From the NCBI GenBank assembly GCA_021791395.1, contig JAJYWR010000006.1, positions 1 through 52,303 on the forward strand: a DNA stretch of 52,303 bases, read 5' to 3'. Source of the stretch: a bacterium (lineage in GTDB: Bacteria; Patescibacteriota; Minisyncoccia; UBA6257; GWB1-50-10). The position numbers were made by a program, and so were the translations under genes. The notes beneath the pieces are model-generated. The model was given only the letters and a program-made list of their open reading frames with translations. It searched no databases and was not told the DNA's origin. Below are positions 17,480 to 27,182 of this stretch, piece by piece. How positions within the stretch are numbered: position 1 is the stretch's first letter; every line of letters begins with the position of its first letter.

Positions 17480-18551
17480 TGAAGGTGTCCGCGTCAAACT
17501 CTTTTGCGCGGGCGCAGCAAGCGTCACGGTAGCGGAGAGGATCGCTTTGCAGCTTAAGGTCGATGGTTTTTACCGCCTCGGCGAGTCGTTCTGCATCCAT
17601 CTCGTGAACGAGTACACCCGTTTTGTCTTGAATGACGGATTCGCGGTATCCGCCGTCGTCGGGTGCGATGACCGGTTTTCCGGCAGCCATCGCTTCGACG
17701 GCGGTCATACCGAAGTCTTCGCGTTCGGCCGTTGTTAGGAATCCGATGCATTCGGCGTACAACGTTTTCAATTCTTCGTCGGAGACCCAGTGGAGCAGCG
17801 TGACGTTTTCCGGTTTTAGCCTCTCGAGTTTTTGTTTGTACGACTCGAACTGCCGCGCTCCCTTTTCGTAGCTTCCCGCAATGACAAGTCGTTTGTCCGG
17901 CATGTTCCGGAACGCTTCAAGTTGAATCTCGATGCGCTTGTGTCCGACAAGGCGATTTACCGAAAGCCAATATCCTTTCGGCTTTTCGTATCGATAGTGG
18001 TTCGTTTCAATGGGCGGATAAATAACTGTCGCCTCCGAACCGAAGATCTTCAAAATCCGCTTCCGGACGTTTTTCGAGTTGCAGACCCAACGGTCAACAT
18101 GCCTTGCATACCGTTTGACGAGCTTGCGGTTCGTGGCGGTCCATATGTCGAAGATGGGGCGCATCCACCACGCGAGCGCCTCTCCGCGTACTTGGTTTTT
18201 GAATTCCCAAAGTTCGTCGAGGGGGCCGTGCGCGTACCACACGTTCGGGTGATTATTGACGGCAGCGCCAACTGCCCAATCTCCCGATATCACGAAGCGA
18301 TCGTACTGCCCCGAAAGATCGAGACTCCTGAATTTTCGGAGCGCGAGCTGTTGCCGGAAGGGGGCTTTCACGGGAATTTGACCGATCGACCGGAGGCGGG
18401 GGAGAATATCCTCGAAACCGAAAGCGATTATTTTTTCCCGGTTGATGTTTGTCGTATAAATGTCAGCTTCAAGCCCGCGAGCGAGCGTGAGCGTCACGAT
18501 TTCCGCACCGCCGATGTTATCGAGTGCCTGGTGGAATATGGCCGTTTTCAT
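17451..18551 (-). CDS. glycosyltransferase family 4 (group 1)
   Basis: MKTAIFHQALDNIGGAEIV...EREDFGMTAVEAMAAGKPVIAPDDGGYRESV is a canonical GT4 E-x7-E region. Confidence 0.85.
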   Translation of the reverse strand: MKTAIFHQALDNIGGAEIVTLTLARGLEADIYTTNINREKIIAFGFEDILPRLRSIGQIPVKAPFRQQLALRKFRSLDLSGQYDRFVISGDWAVGAAVNNHPNVWYAHGPLDELWEFKNQVRGEALAWWMRPIFDIWTATNRKLVKRYARHVDRWVCNSKNVRKRILKIFGSEATVIYPPIETNHYRYEKPKGYWLSVNRLVGHKRIEIQLEAFRNMPDKRLVIAGSYEKGARQFESYKQKLERLKPENVTLLHWVSDEELKTLYAECIGFLTTAEREDFGMTAVEAMAAGKPVIAPDDGGYRESVIQDKTGVLVHEMDAERLAEAVKTIDLKLQSDPLRYRDACCARAKEFDADTFIKKMNSLLP

Positions 18552-19590
18552 TTGAGTTCATTAAGGAAAGCATAAAAAGATTCGCAATAAGAAGGATGCC
18601 GAGCATCGCCGAGACGAAAAGAATGTCGAAAAATTCCCGCCCGAGACCGATAGCTCGGAGTGCAAGGGGAATGAGAATGAGGAGCGATCCGATTGCCATT
18701 CCGGTTTTAAATCGAAACGCTTCGTTAAATTTCGCCGCGAGCCCGTTCCGTTCATGGAATTTTACCCAAAGCGAAGTTTTTGCAAAGATGCCGAGAAACG
18801 CGATTTCGAATCCGAGGATGGGGAAAAAAAGTCGCGTGGTCGCGGAACCCGTTTTCAACAAAAGCGACAGAATGCCGAATATGAAGAACAAAAGTCCGGT
18901 GCCGGCGTACCACAAGAAAGGCATTTTGAGGAATAGGTAGCGGAGATGGGCAATGCCGTCGTGGTACCGCCGGAGCTTCGAGGTTCCCCGGCGCACCGCG
19001 TAGGTGATGGGTACTTCGGCGACCGTAAGATGCAATTCTTTTGCTTTGATGATTATTTCCGTCGCAAACTCCATGCCGTTGGTTCTGAAGTCAAACCGTT
19101 CGAACGCGGAGCGGGTCATTGCGCGATATCCCGATTGGCTGTCGGAAACCCGTATACCGAAGAACACCAAAAGAAGAGCGTTGAGGACGGGGGTTCCGAG
19201 AAATCGGTTCGCGGCGGGCATGGAACCCCGTTCCATCATCCCCTTAAATCTGCTGCCAATGACAAGATCCGCTTTCTCGAGTTTTTCCACGAGTTTTGGA
19301 AATTCCTTGAATGAGTACGTGCCGTCCGCGTCGGCGTAGACGAGTATTTCTCCTCGCGCTTGTTTTATTCCTTCGCGCACGGCGAAGCCATACCCTTCGG
19401 TATCGTGTTTTATGAGCACCACGCCTTCCTCGCGGGCGATTGCATCCGATCCGTCGTTCGAGGAATCCGATACGATGATTTCAACGTCGAGGTTTGCCGC
19501 GCGGGCGGTTTCGCGGATTTCCCGGACGCATTCGCGGATCGTGTCCCGTTCGTTCCGGCAGGGAAGGATGACGGAAACTTTTTTACCCAT
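18517..19590 (-). CDS. polyprenyl-phosphate glycosyltransferase (GT2, Dpm1/ArnC-like) with C-terminal TM helices
   Basis: VSVILPCRNERDTIRECV..IIVSDSSNDGSD..VYADADGTYS, followed by about 4 hydrophobic helices. Confidence 0.8.
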   Translation of the reverse strand: MGKKVSVILPCRNERDTIRECVREIRETARAANLDVEIIVSDSSNDGSDAIAREEGVVLIKHDTEGYGFAVREGIKQARGEILVYADADGTYSFKEFPKLVEKLEKADLVIGSRFKGMMERGSMPAANRFLGTPVLNALLLVFFGIRVSDSQSGYRAMTRSAFERFDFRTNGMEFATEIIIKAKELHLTVAEVPITYAVRRGTSKLRRYHDGIAHLRYLFLKMPFLWYAGTGLLFFIFGILSLLLKTGSATTRLFFPILGFEIAFLGIFAKTSLWVKFHERNGLAAKFNEAFRFKTGMAIGSLLILIPLALRAIGLGREFFDILFVSAMLGILLIANLFMLSLMNSNENGHIPPGTR

Positions 19591-19619
19591 CGGTCTTATC
19601 TTATAATCAAAGGAAGCTT

Positions 19620-21332
19620 ATGTCGATTGTACTCGCGCTTGTGCTCTTCTTTGTCCCGGGCTATTTTACGACGTTTTTCTTCCCGTTCATTTCGGGGTTT
19701 TTAAAACGGATTGTCTATGCGCTTGTTCTCGGTGTTTCGTTCGAGGTTATCCTCGGATTTCTCTTGGCCGCTTTCTATTCTCCGCTCATTCATTATTTCC
19801 TCCCGCTCGTTGCGATCGGCACGATTATCCTCGGGTTTTTAAAGAAAAATAAACTACTTATTCTGAGAGATGAGTGGCGGGCGCTTCAGAGACGGGAAAA
19901 GGTTTTTTTCTGTGTCCTTGTCATCCTTGCTCTTCTCGCCGCCGTGTTTGTGTTTTATCCCCACTTTGGCTACCTTTGGCCGATTCACGCCGACGAATGG
20001 GGGGATGTTGCTGCCGTGCAAAGTCTTTTGCGGGGGAGGCCTTTGAATACCAACCCGTATGTTGTGATTCACTCCATTGATTACAAGCCGGGTTTCACGA
20101 GTTTCTTGGCCGGCGTTATGAGTGGCGGAACGGATCCAATCGGAGCCTGGGTGTATTTGCCGGCGTTCAACATGTTTTTGATTTCACTCGTCGGCTCGCT
20201 TGCGCTCTACGAGAAAACGAAAAATTTCTGGGCCGGCGGACTTGTGCCGCTGTTTCTTGCAAGTCTTCGTTCCAGCACGGGCTTCTTGGGGTGGTGGTTT
20301 TTTGTGCCATCCACCTTTGCTCTTTTCTTCGTTTTATTTTTACTCATCGAAGCGCACGGGCTGTTTTTAAAAAGCCGTCTCAATCTTTTCGTTGCCTGCA
20401 CGGTCTCGATCGCTCTTGCACTCGTGTATTTGCCGTTCTTGGGATTTGTTCTTCTTTCGCTGATTCCAATTGCTGGAACGTTTTCAAAAAAATTCCCCGT
20501 CTTGTTTTTGACTGTTGTTTGTATTGGCCTTGCCGCGATCGTTCTTCTGCTTCTCGCAAGTCCGTACAAGGCATTTTGGCCGTCGGGTACCCTGCCGGAT
20601 GTGAGCGCATTTTTTGTGTCAAATATGGCGACGGTCGCATCAATGAGTTTCTACAGTTTCTTTGATGTTATTCCAGTCGTCGTATTTATCGCGGCCGTGT
20701 TCGGGTTTTCTTTTCTTCGGAAAGAAAAATGGGCGCGGGTACTTCTTGCGGCCGTCGTCGTCGGAATTGTGAATGTTACGCTTTTTTATGTCGCCGACGT
20801 TTCTTTTCTCGCTTTTCCCCAGCGTTCGTATTATTTCGCCGCCGCCGTCATTGCCGTTGTAGCGAGTATTGGTTTTGGGAGAATGCTTGCAATGATGCAT
20901 ACGGCGGGCTTTTTGAAGTGGGGAATTGCTCTCGTAGTGCTCGGACTGTCGTTTTGGGGGTATTTTGTTTTACTTGCCGAGACAAGCCCCTATCATCTGG
21001 TTGGCTCGCAAGATCTGAAAGCGCTCGATTGGCTCAAGGGACAGCCGAATATCCAGTACCAATTCGTTCTTTCCGAACCCTCCATGGGGACGATCATTAC
21101 ACCCCTTACGGGAGCTGCCGCGCCGATCAATTGGATTACTCCGCAGGGGAGGGACAACCAGGAAAATCCGCTCCTCTCCTCATTTTTTAATGTAACCGAT
21201 TGCGGCACAAAACAGGAAATCCTTTCCGATTTGAAAACCGGTTTCGTTTACAGCCATATTCCCCAGGATTGTCCGTTTTTGGAGGAGATTTATAATGCCG
21301 ATGGCATTTTCATCTATCGGAGTATGGTATAA
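19620..21332 (+). CDS. polytopic membrane protein, GT-C (ArnT/PMT/oligosaccharyltransferase)-like
   Basis: 570 aa. Hydrophobic segments run through the first ~450 aa, followed by a soluble C-terminal domain. It is divergent from the Dpm1-like gene. TATAAT at 19602-19607. Confidence 0.5.
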   Translation: MSIVLALVLFFVPGYFTTFFFPFISGFLKRIVYALVLGVSFEVILGFLLAAFYSPLIHYFLPLVAIGTIILGFLKKNKLLILRDEWRALQRREKVFFCVLVILALLAAVFVFYPHFGYLWPIHADEWGDVAAVQSLLRGRPLNTNPYVVIHSIDYKPGFTSFLAGVMSGGTDPIGAWVYLPAFNMFLISLVGSLALYEKTKNFWAGGLVPLFLASLRSSTGFLGWWFFVPSTFALFFVLFLLIEAHGLFLKSRLNLFVACTVSIALALVYLPFLGFVLLSLIPIAGTFSKKFPVLFLTVVCIGLAAIVLLLLASPYKAFWPSGTLPDVSAFFVSNMATVASMSFYSFFDVIPVVVFIAAVFGFSFLRKEKWARVLLAAVVVGIVNVTLFYVADVSFLAFPQRSYYFAAAVIAVVASIGFGRMLAMMHTAGFLKWGIALVVLGLSFWGYFVLLAETSPYHLVGSQDLKALDWLKGQPNIQYQFVLSEPSMGTIITPLTGAAAPINWITPQGRDNQENPLLSSFFNVTDCGTKQEILSDLKTGFVYSHIPQDCPFLEEIYNADGIFIYRSMV

Positions 21333-21343
21333 TAGAGAAAAGT

Positions 21344-24300
21344 ATGAAAAGGGAAAAAGTTCTAGTCAGCGTCTTCATTGCTACCTTGATGGTGGGGGTC
21401 GGCGTTCTTGCTTTTTTTCATGTTCCCTTTGTGGAACATGCCCTTGCAAACGTCGGATCGTGGTCCGTTTCCAGTTTAACGGTTAATCCCTACTCTTCTT
21501 CCCAGGTTTCGTTGCAGTGGAGCTGTTCGCCGACGGGAACCGGTATCAATGAAACAGTGTATGAATACTACTGCACGGGAAGTGGCTGTTCGCCGACGAG
21601 CGTTTATACTTCATTCAATTCAACGTGCCCTTCTTCGCCGACCGTGCAATCTATAACTGGTACAGGAAATTTCTCCCCAGGTACCAGCGTGACGTTCCAG
21701 GTTTGCACCGGCGGCGCGTACGGCACCTGCACAAATACGGCAAGTGCAACGACGCTGCCGACGGATCCGGGCACTCTTTCGGCGAGCGCCCAATCTCAAA
21801 CATCAATCTATCTTTCATGGGGCGCTTCGTCCGGCGCAAGCGGATATTACATCTACCGCAATGGGTCGTATCTTACCGCTACGGGGGTGACAAATTATAC
21901 CAATACCGGTCTCACAGCGAACACGAGTTACTCGTATTATGTTGTCGCTTATAACTCCGGAGGGAATTCCGGTGCTTCCAATACTGCTTCGGTAACAACG
22001 TTGCCGTATGCGCCGAGCGTTCCCGGGGCCCCCTCGGTGTCGCCGATAGGGCAAACCTTAATGTACCTTTCGTGGAGTGCTGTTTCCGGTGCGACGAGTT
22101 ATCACGTTGCGCGGTGGGCGCCGGGTATCGATATCCAAACAGTGAGCGGAACTTCCTTTACGGATTATGGTAGCTACAGCATGGCATGCGGTACATCCTA
22201 TTCGTATGAAATTGAAGCATGCAATGCCGGCGGGTGCAGCGGGTGGGGGTCGGGAGCTGCCGCGACAACCGATGCCTGTACCCCGGGCACGCCGACGATT
22301 GGTTCGAATTCGCCAGCAAGCCAATCAACATTCAACCTCACATGGACTCGAAATAACCCACTCGATGAAAGTGGATTTCAAATAGGAAATGCAGCGGCAG
22401 TCGCCGGGAGCGCTGGAGGAAAAACTTGGACGGTCGGTGCTGGATCAACCTCTGGATCGCCGAACGGATATGGTTGCGGTCAACCAGATTCTTTCGGAGT
22501 GAGGGCATATGTGAATACCAATGGACGCACGTATTATTCTGGTTGGTCCGGTGTGAGTAATTCCGCGACAACCGATGCCTGTACCCCGGGCACGCCGTCG
22601 GGCGTTACCTTCACGTCCTACGCCAGCCAAACCTATATTCCGGTTTCGTGGACGCCTACCGCTCCAACCGATCAGAGCGGTTTCGTTGCTACCTTGAATG
22701 ACAGTGGCTTGGGAATGGTCATGGGGAGTGCCACAGCGGGACCGTCGGCAACGTCAGTGAATGTTCCGATGTCCTGCAGTACTGGCGGTAATTCCAACTA
22801 TGTCCAAGCATACGTGAATACGAACGGCCGGACGTATTATTCCAGCCCAGGTACCGGCGCTGCGGCGAAAACGTCCGCCTGTACGCCGAGCGCGCCGTCG
22901 GCGAGCAGTATCAGCGCAAGTTCAATCACCATCACATGGCCGGCTGTTTCCGGTGCTACATATTATCATGTTTCTCAAAATCCGCCGAATTTGGATGTTG
23001 GTACCGTTACCACAAATTCATTCACGGCCAGCAGCTTGAGCTGCGCCACATCCTACACCTTTATGATCTACGCCTGCGACGGTCCGAACAATACGACTGG
23101 CTGCAGTCCGTGGGGGTCGCCGGCGACCATTACTACCAGCGCCTGTCCGGATACCACCCCGCCGACCGTTTCTGCGAACAACTCGTCGAGCGGATGGTAT
23201 AGCAGTAGTCCGACGATAACCGTCTCAGCTTCCGATACCGGTGGATCGGGACTTGCATTTGTGAAGTACACGTGGAATACGAACGTATCGTATTGTTGGG
23301 CTTCCGGTATTACGACTTCGAATGGGGCGAGTCTCACGATACCCGGACAAGGTAGTAATACGCTTTATCTCTGTGCTCAGGATGGTGCAGGGAACCAAGG
23401 GACGTGGAGCGGGCCGTATAATCTGGATACCACGGCACCGGCTACTCCCTCGATTTCAGCAAGTCCATCGGGGTGGACGAATGGCAATGTCACGATATCA
23501 GTTTCCGCCTCCGATACCGGCGGATCAGGACTCAGCACTACCTACTATCGGTGCAATACCAGTAATGCGTCGAGCAGCACTGCTTCGGCCTCGTTCACGT
23601 ATGCCTGCTCCCTGACGGGAGGGCAGACGGCACAGGCATATTCAACCGACAATGCGGGGAATACTGGCGGCACTGGTTCAGTGAGTTACTATATCGACAC
23701 CACTGCTCCGCCATCGCCTTCTTTGAGCCCGACGTCGGCTTTGACCAATAACAGCAATATCACCGTTTCCTTCTCTGCCACCGACAGCGGCGGCTCGGGA
23801 ACCGCTGGCTACCACTACTGCTATACTACGAACGGCTCGACGTGTTCGCCATCGACCTCGGGTTCCAGTGTGACCTTTTCGTCGGTCGGATCATATACGG
23901 TCTGCACCAACGCCTACGACAATGCGGGGAATACTGGCGGCACGACATGCTCGAGTGCAAATGCGTACCAGTATACCTCGGTTTCCGCGCCGAGTTCTTC
24001 CGGCGTCACAGTGAATGCCACGCCGGTTTCCGGATTGTCGACTATTAATTCGACATGGTCGGGGACAGCAAGCGGATTCAATGTGTACGTTCAAGGAGGA
24101 CAGTATTCAACGTCCCAGCTTTTAAGCAGTTCGGCGGCATCGTCCGGGAGTACGAATGCCATCAGCCTTCAGTGCCCCAACAGCTATACCTTTTACACGG
24201 TCGCTTACAACACGGATAATTCTTTGGGCGGCGGAACGTCGGCAAGCTGCAGCGGGGCGTGGGGGAGCATTCCGAATGCTCAGTGCACGGTAAAGACGAC

Positions 24301-24346
24301 GCAGGTCAAACTTACGACGTGCACGCAGGGATTCTTCGGACAATAG
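21344..24346 (+). CDS. giant secreted/anchored protein with fibronectin type III and Ig-like repeats (1000 aa)
   Basis: N-terminal TM/signal sequence. FN3-like units (LSWxxxSGASGYYIYRNG...YSYYVVAYNSGG). Repeated DTTxPxxPSxSASxSGW..ITVSxSASDTGGSGL modules. Confidence 0.8.
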   Translation: MKREKVLVSVFIATLMVGVGVLAFFHVPFVEHALANVGSWSVSSLTVNPYSSSQVSLQWSCSPTGTGINETVYEYYCTGSGCSPTSVYTSFNSTCPSSPTVQSITGTGNFSPGTSVTFQVCTGGAYGTCTNTASATTLPTDPGTLSASAQSQTSIYLSWGASSGASGYYIYRNGSYLTATGVTNYTNTGLTANTSYSYYVVAYNSGGNSGASNTASVTTLPYAPSVPGAPSVSPIGQTLMYLSWSAVSGATSYHVARWAPGIDIQTVSGTSFTDYGSYSMACGTSYSYEIEACNAGGCSGWGSGAAATTDACTPGTPTIGSNSPASQSTFNLTWTRNNPLDESGFQIGNAAAVAGSAGGKTWTVGAGSTSGSPNGYGCGQPDSFGVRAYVNTNGRTYYSGWSGVSNSATTDACTPGTPSGVTFTSYASQTYIPVSWTPTAPTDQSGFVATLNDSGLGMVMGSATAGPSATSVNVPMSCSTGGNSNYVQAYVNTNGRTYYSSPGTGAAAKTSACTPSAPSASSISASSITITWPAVSGATYYHVSQNPPNLDVGTVTTNSFTASSLSCATSYTFMIYACDGPNNTTGCSPWGSPATITTSACPDTTPPTVSANNSSSGWYSSSPTITVSASDTGGSGLAFVKYTWNTNVSYCWASGITTSNGASLTIPGQGSNTLYLCAQDGAGNQGTWSGPYNLDTTAPATPSISASPSGWTNGNVTISVSASDTGGSGLSTTYYRCNTSNASSSTASASFTYACSLTGGQTAQAYSTDNAGNTGGTGSVSYYIDTTAPPSPSLSPTSALTNNSNITVSFSATDSGGSGTAGYHYCYTTNGSTCSPSTSGSSVTFSSVGSYTVCTNAYDNAGNTGGTTCSSANAYQYTSVSAPSSSGVTVNATPVSGLSTINSTWSGTASGFNVYVQGGQYSTSQLLSSSAASSGSTNAISLQCPNSYTFYTVAYNTDNSLGGGTSASCSGAWGSIPNAQCTVKTTQVKLTTCTQGFFGQ

Positions 24347-24362
24347 AGAGAGAAAGAAATAT

Positions 24363-24923
24363 ATGAGCAAGGGAAATAAAAAGATAACGAGCAGACTTTT
24401 AGGGGGATTGATTGTGGTGATCGCTCTCGTTCTGATTTATTTTTTGGTTCCGCCGAAATCGTCCGCACCGTCCGCAAATACCGTAAGTACCAATACGAAT
24501 GTTCCGACATCGGCGCCGGCATCGTCTTCCGCGCCGGCGGGCGCGACCTCGACGTCGTCCGTTCCTTCTGTTTCCGCAACGTCCTCGTATCAGCTGACGA
24601 TGCCCGACGGCATGCTCCCGCTCCATCCGACGGGGGATGCAAAACTCAAGATATTCGGCGTATCTATCACGAAGGATGGTTTTAATCCATCTCTTATTGT
24701 GGTAAACCAGGGCGATGGCGTTGCTTTGAGTGTAAAATCGGTTGATGGGACCTACGATATTTTCTTCCCCGCGCTCGGTTCTGGTACTGGTCAGATCGAG
24801 GAAGGTCAAAGCACCTTTGTTAGTCTCGTCCCGCCGAAAGCGGGGGAATATGTCTTCGAATGCCGCACGTATTGTCCGTACGGCAATCGCATTACGGGCA
24901 AGCTCGTCGTGCTGCCCCGGTAG
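24363..24923 (+). CDS. membrane-anchored cupredoxin-like domain protein (paralogue of 7836..8297)
   Basis: It has the same architecture (TM helix, S/T/P linker) and the shared motifs VDGTYD and GEYVFECRTYCPYG. Confidence 0.6.
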   Translation: MSKGNKKITSRLLGGLIVVIALVLIYFLVPPKSSAPSANTVSTNTNVPTSAPASSSAPAGATSTSSVPSVSATSSYQLTMPDGMLPLHPTGDAKLKIFGVSITKDGFNPSLIVVNQGDGVALSVKSVDGTYDIFFPALGSGTGQIEEGQSTFVSLVPPKAGEYVFECRTYCPYGNRITGKLVVLPR

Positions 24924-24941
24924 AATTTTCTTCCGAAACAA

Positions 24942-24981
24942 AAAAGAGAGAGTCGATGCATACATGCATGCTCTCTCTTTT
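24942..24981. terminator. bidirectional hairpin terminator between convergent genes
   Basis: aaaagagagag (24942-24952) pairs with ctctctctttt (24971-24981). A/T runs lie on both sides. Confidence 0.55.
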
Positions 24982-24999
24982 CGTAAGGGCGTCACGATT

Positions 25000-25497
25000 C
25001 TATCCTCCGATGAGGGTAAATGTGACGCTTTGAGTTTTTCCGCTTCTGTACGTGACATCAGCGGAGAACTCGCGGCCCTCGGTCGATCCGGAAATGTTCT
25101 TCATCCCAGTGATCCAGTCATTCATTGCTGCCGCAGGATTACCTTGCGCGGTTATGAAATAAACGCGCTTGGTTGTTACTGTCATGGAGTCGACGGAGAA
25201 GAAAACTGCCTCTGCCGATGAGTTCCATGTGAGTTTACGCAATACTATCGTAATGTGCGCATACTCTTTTGTCTGAGGCGGGAGAATGCTCTGTTGGCTG
25301 GATTTCCCATTGCCGAGAAAAACCATAGTTGGTGCTCCACTTCCTAGAGTCGGTGACCAGAAGCTCGATGAGCTTGTGTCGCCGTTCAGGATTTTGGAGA
25401 TTGCGGAACTCTGGGGGGCAACGGGAGAAGATTGTTCACATCCGGAGATCATGATCGCCGCTACAGTCGCGAACGCGAGAAACAGGAGCTTTTTCAT
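25000..25497 (-). CDS. hypothetical lipoprotein
   Basis: MKKLLFLAFATVAAIMISGC carries a lipobox-type signal peptide. Confidence 0.6.
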   Translation of the reverse strand: MKKLLFLAFATVAAIMISGCEQSSPVAPQSSAISKILNGDTSSSSFWSPTLGSGAPTMVFLGNGKSSQQSILPPQTKEYAHITIVLRKLTWNSSAEAVFFSVDSMTVTTKRVYFITAQGNPAAAMNDWITGMKNISGSTEGREFSADVTYRSGKTQSVTFTLIGG

Positions 25498-25696
25498 ATC
25501 AATCAGTCCTTTCTTATATTCACTTTCTAAAAAACTCTCAATTGTACTATGTTGGTATTATACCACTCTTCATTATTTTTGTCAAAATCCCCGCCAAATC
25601 CCGCCATTTCCGCACTTTCGGTATCCCGCCCGCTCTCGCCCCCGTTTTCTCCCGCCCTGCACCCGTTCTGCCCCCCGCTCTCCCTCAAAAATTACA

Positions 25697-25739
25697 GGCC
25701 CCCCGCTCTCCTCGAATTTTTGAAGGAGACCGGAGGGCC
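25697..25739 (+). repeat. REP-like palindromic element, copy 1
   Basis: ggccccccgctctcct-cgaatttttga-aggagaccggagggcc forms a ~16 bp imperfect stem. It is preceded by decayed direct copies of the left arm at 25625-25640 and 25671-25686. Confidence 0.75.
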
Positions 25740-25797
25740 TTTAAATCTGTGGATAATTAGAGCCCTCTCTTGGTTTTATTCGGTTTAGAATATTTCT

Positions 25798-26556
25798 ATG
25801 AGGAGGGGGAGGCTAACCGAAGACGGGATCTTTCACGTCTATAATCGAGGGGCCGATAAGCGGGAAATCTTTCGTGATAGCGACGATTACTTGCGTTTTA
25901 TTCATGCGTTATACGAATTCAACGACGAAGATCCGGCTGGCAATATGACCTACGGCTTCGCCAAAAATCCCACCCAGATTTCGATGGTTGACTTCCGAGG
26001 TGTTCCGTCATTGAAACCAAAACACCCGGAGAAGTTGCTCGTTGATGTCTTGGTGTTCACTCTTATGTCAAATCATTTCCATCTTCTCCTGAAACAAAGG
26101 AAGAAAGATGGAATTATGAAATTCATGCAGAAGGTATGTGCTGGGTATGCACTTTATTTCAATGAAAAAAATAAAAGGAGCGGCGTTTTGTTTCAGGGCA
26201 GATTCAAAGCGGTAGAGGTTACGAGTAATGAACATCTCCTCCATTTGCCGTATTATATTCACGCCAACCCCCTGGATTTAAATACGGGTGGAGCGGATGA
26301 GATTAAATTTTTGGATTCGTACCGCTGGAGTAGTCACATGGATTATTGCGGGTGGAGGAACTTCCCTTCCGTTACTCAGAGAGAATTCCTTTTGGAATTT
26401 TTTAATGGTGAGAAAAATTATCGAAAGTCAATTACCCAGTGGGTTAAGGAAAGGAGTAAGAATCTCCGGAAGATTAAGGACGTTGCCCTGGAAGAAGTTG
26501 CTGTTTTCCTTTTCGTGACTACCTTTAGCTTTCAGTTATTATTGGGTGGCGGCTGA
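25798..26556 (+). CDS. REP-associated tyrosine transposase (RAYT; IS200/IS605-like Y1 HUH transposase)
   Basis: HUH motif in LMSNHFHLLLK and the catalytic-Tyr region LPYYIHANPLD. Overall length and order fit RAYT/TnpA-REP proteins. TAGAAT at 25786-25791 lies 6 nt before the ATG. Confidence 0.8.
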   Translation: MRRGRLTEDGIFHVYNRGADKREIFRDSDDYLRFIHALYEFNDEDPAGNMTYGFAKNPTQISMVDFRGVPSLKPKHPEKLLVDVLVFTLMSNHFHLLLKQRKKDGIMKFMQKVCAGYALYFNEKNKRSGVLFQGRFKAVEVTSNEHLLHLPYYIHANPLDLNTGGADEIKFLDSYRWSSHMDYCGWRNFPSVTQREFLLEFFNGEKNYRKSITQWVKERSKNLRKIKDVALEEVAVFLFVTTFSFQLLLGGG

Positions 26557-27182
26557 ACGGTCATTTGTGGGGTTGGAAAATCTGTGAAAGAGAAATCGTT
26601 GTTGTTCCATGAGATCCTCGTGAGACTTACTCCCGCGGGAATTATTTTCCACGATACCTCGTCAACTTGTTCGCCGAGAGGACTGTAGAGGGAAAGTCCG
26701 GAGTTTTGCCTGATGAGGTTGTAAGGTCTCGGCCAATAAGCATCGGCGATCGTAGTTGAGCTCGCTTTTGTGATCAGAAAATATCCATGGGGATTTATCA
26801 CTAATCCCTCAAGTCTCTTTGAAGAAAGGAAAGTTATTTCCCCTCCCGAAGTTGACAATCTTTTTATTGAAAAACCAGTTAAATTTGCCGGTGTGTCGGC
26901 GGGGTTATATAACTCAATAAATGGATCAAGGGAATTATCCCCTGGAAATATTTCGCTCAGAAGAATTTTGGGAATGTCGCCGCCCGACGGCGTCGTTTGT
27001 GGAACATTGGTTGCCTCATAGAGGAGCTCCTCATTGTCGATCATCGATCTTGTTACTCTCCAAAAATAAGCCGGTAAGTTGGTTTGGGGGAGTATAAAAA
27101 AAGCCAAAGCTATCACCACTAGAATGATAGAAGATTTTAATGAGGGATTTTTAGAAGTTTCCTCACCTTCGCGAGTGGCCAT
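26532..27182 (-). CDS. membrane-anchored lamin-tail-domain (LTD) protein
   Basis: A TM helix followed by LLSEIFPGDNSLDPFIELYNPADTPANLTGFSIKRL..GYFLI, the LTD signature. Confidence 0.7.
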   Translation of the reverse strand: MATREGEETSKNPSLKSSIILVVIALAFFILPQTNLPAYFWRVTRSMIDNEELLYEATNVPQTTPSGGDIPKILLSEIFPGDNSLDPFIELYNPADTPANLTGFSIKRLSTSGGEITFLSSKRLEGLVINPHGYFLITKASSTTIADAYWPRPYNLIRQNSGLSLYSPLGEQVDEVSWKIIPAGVSLTRISWNNNDFSFTDFPTPQMTVQPPPNNN

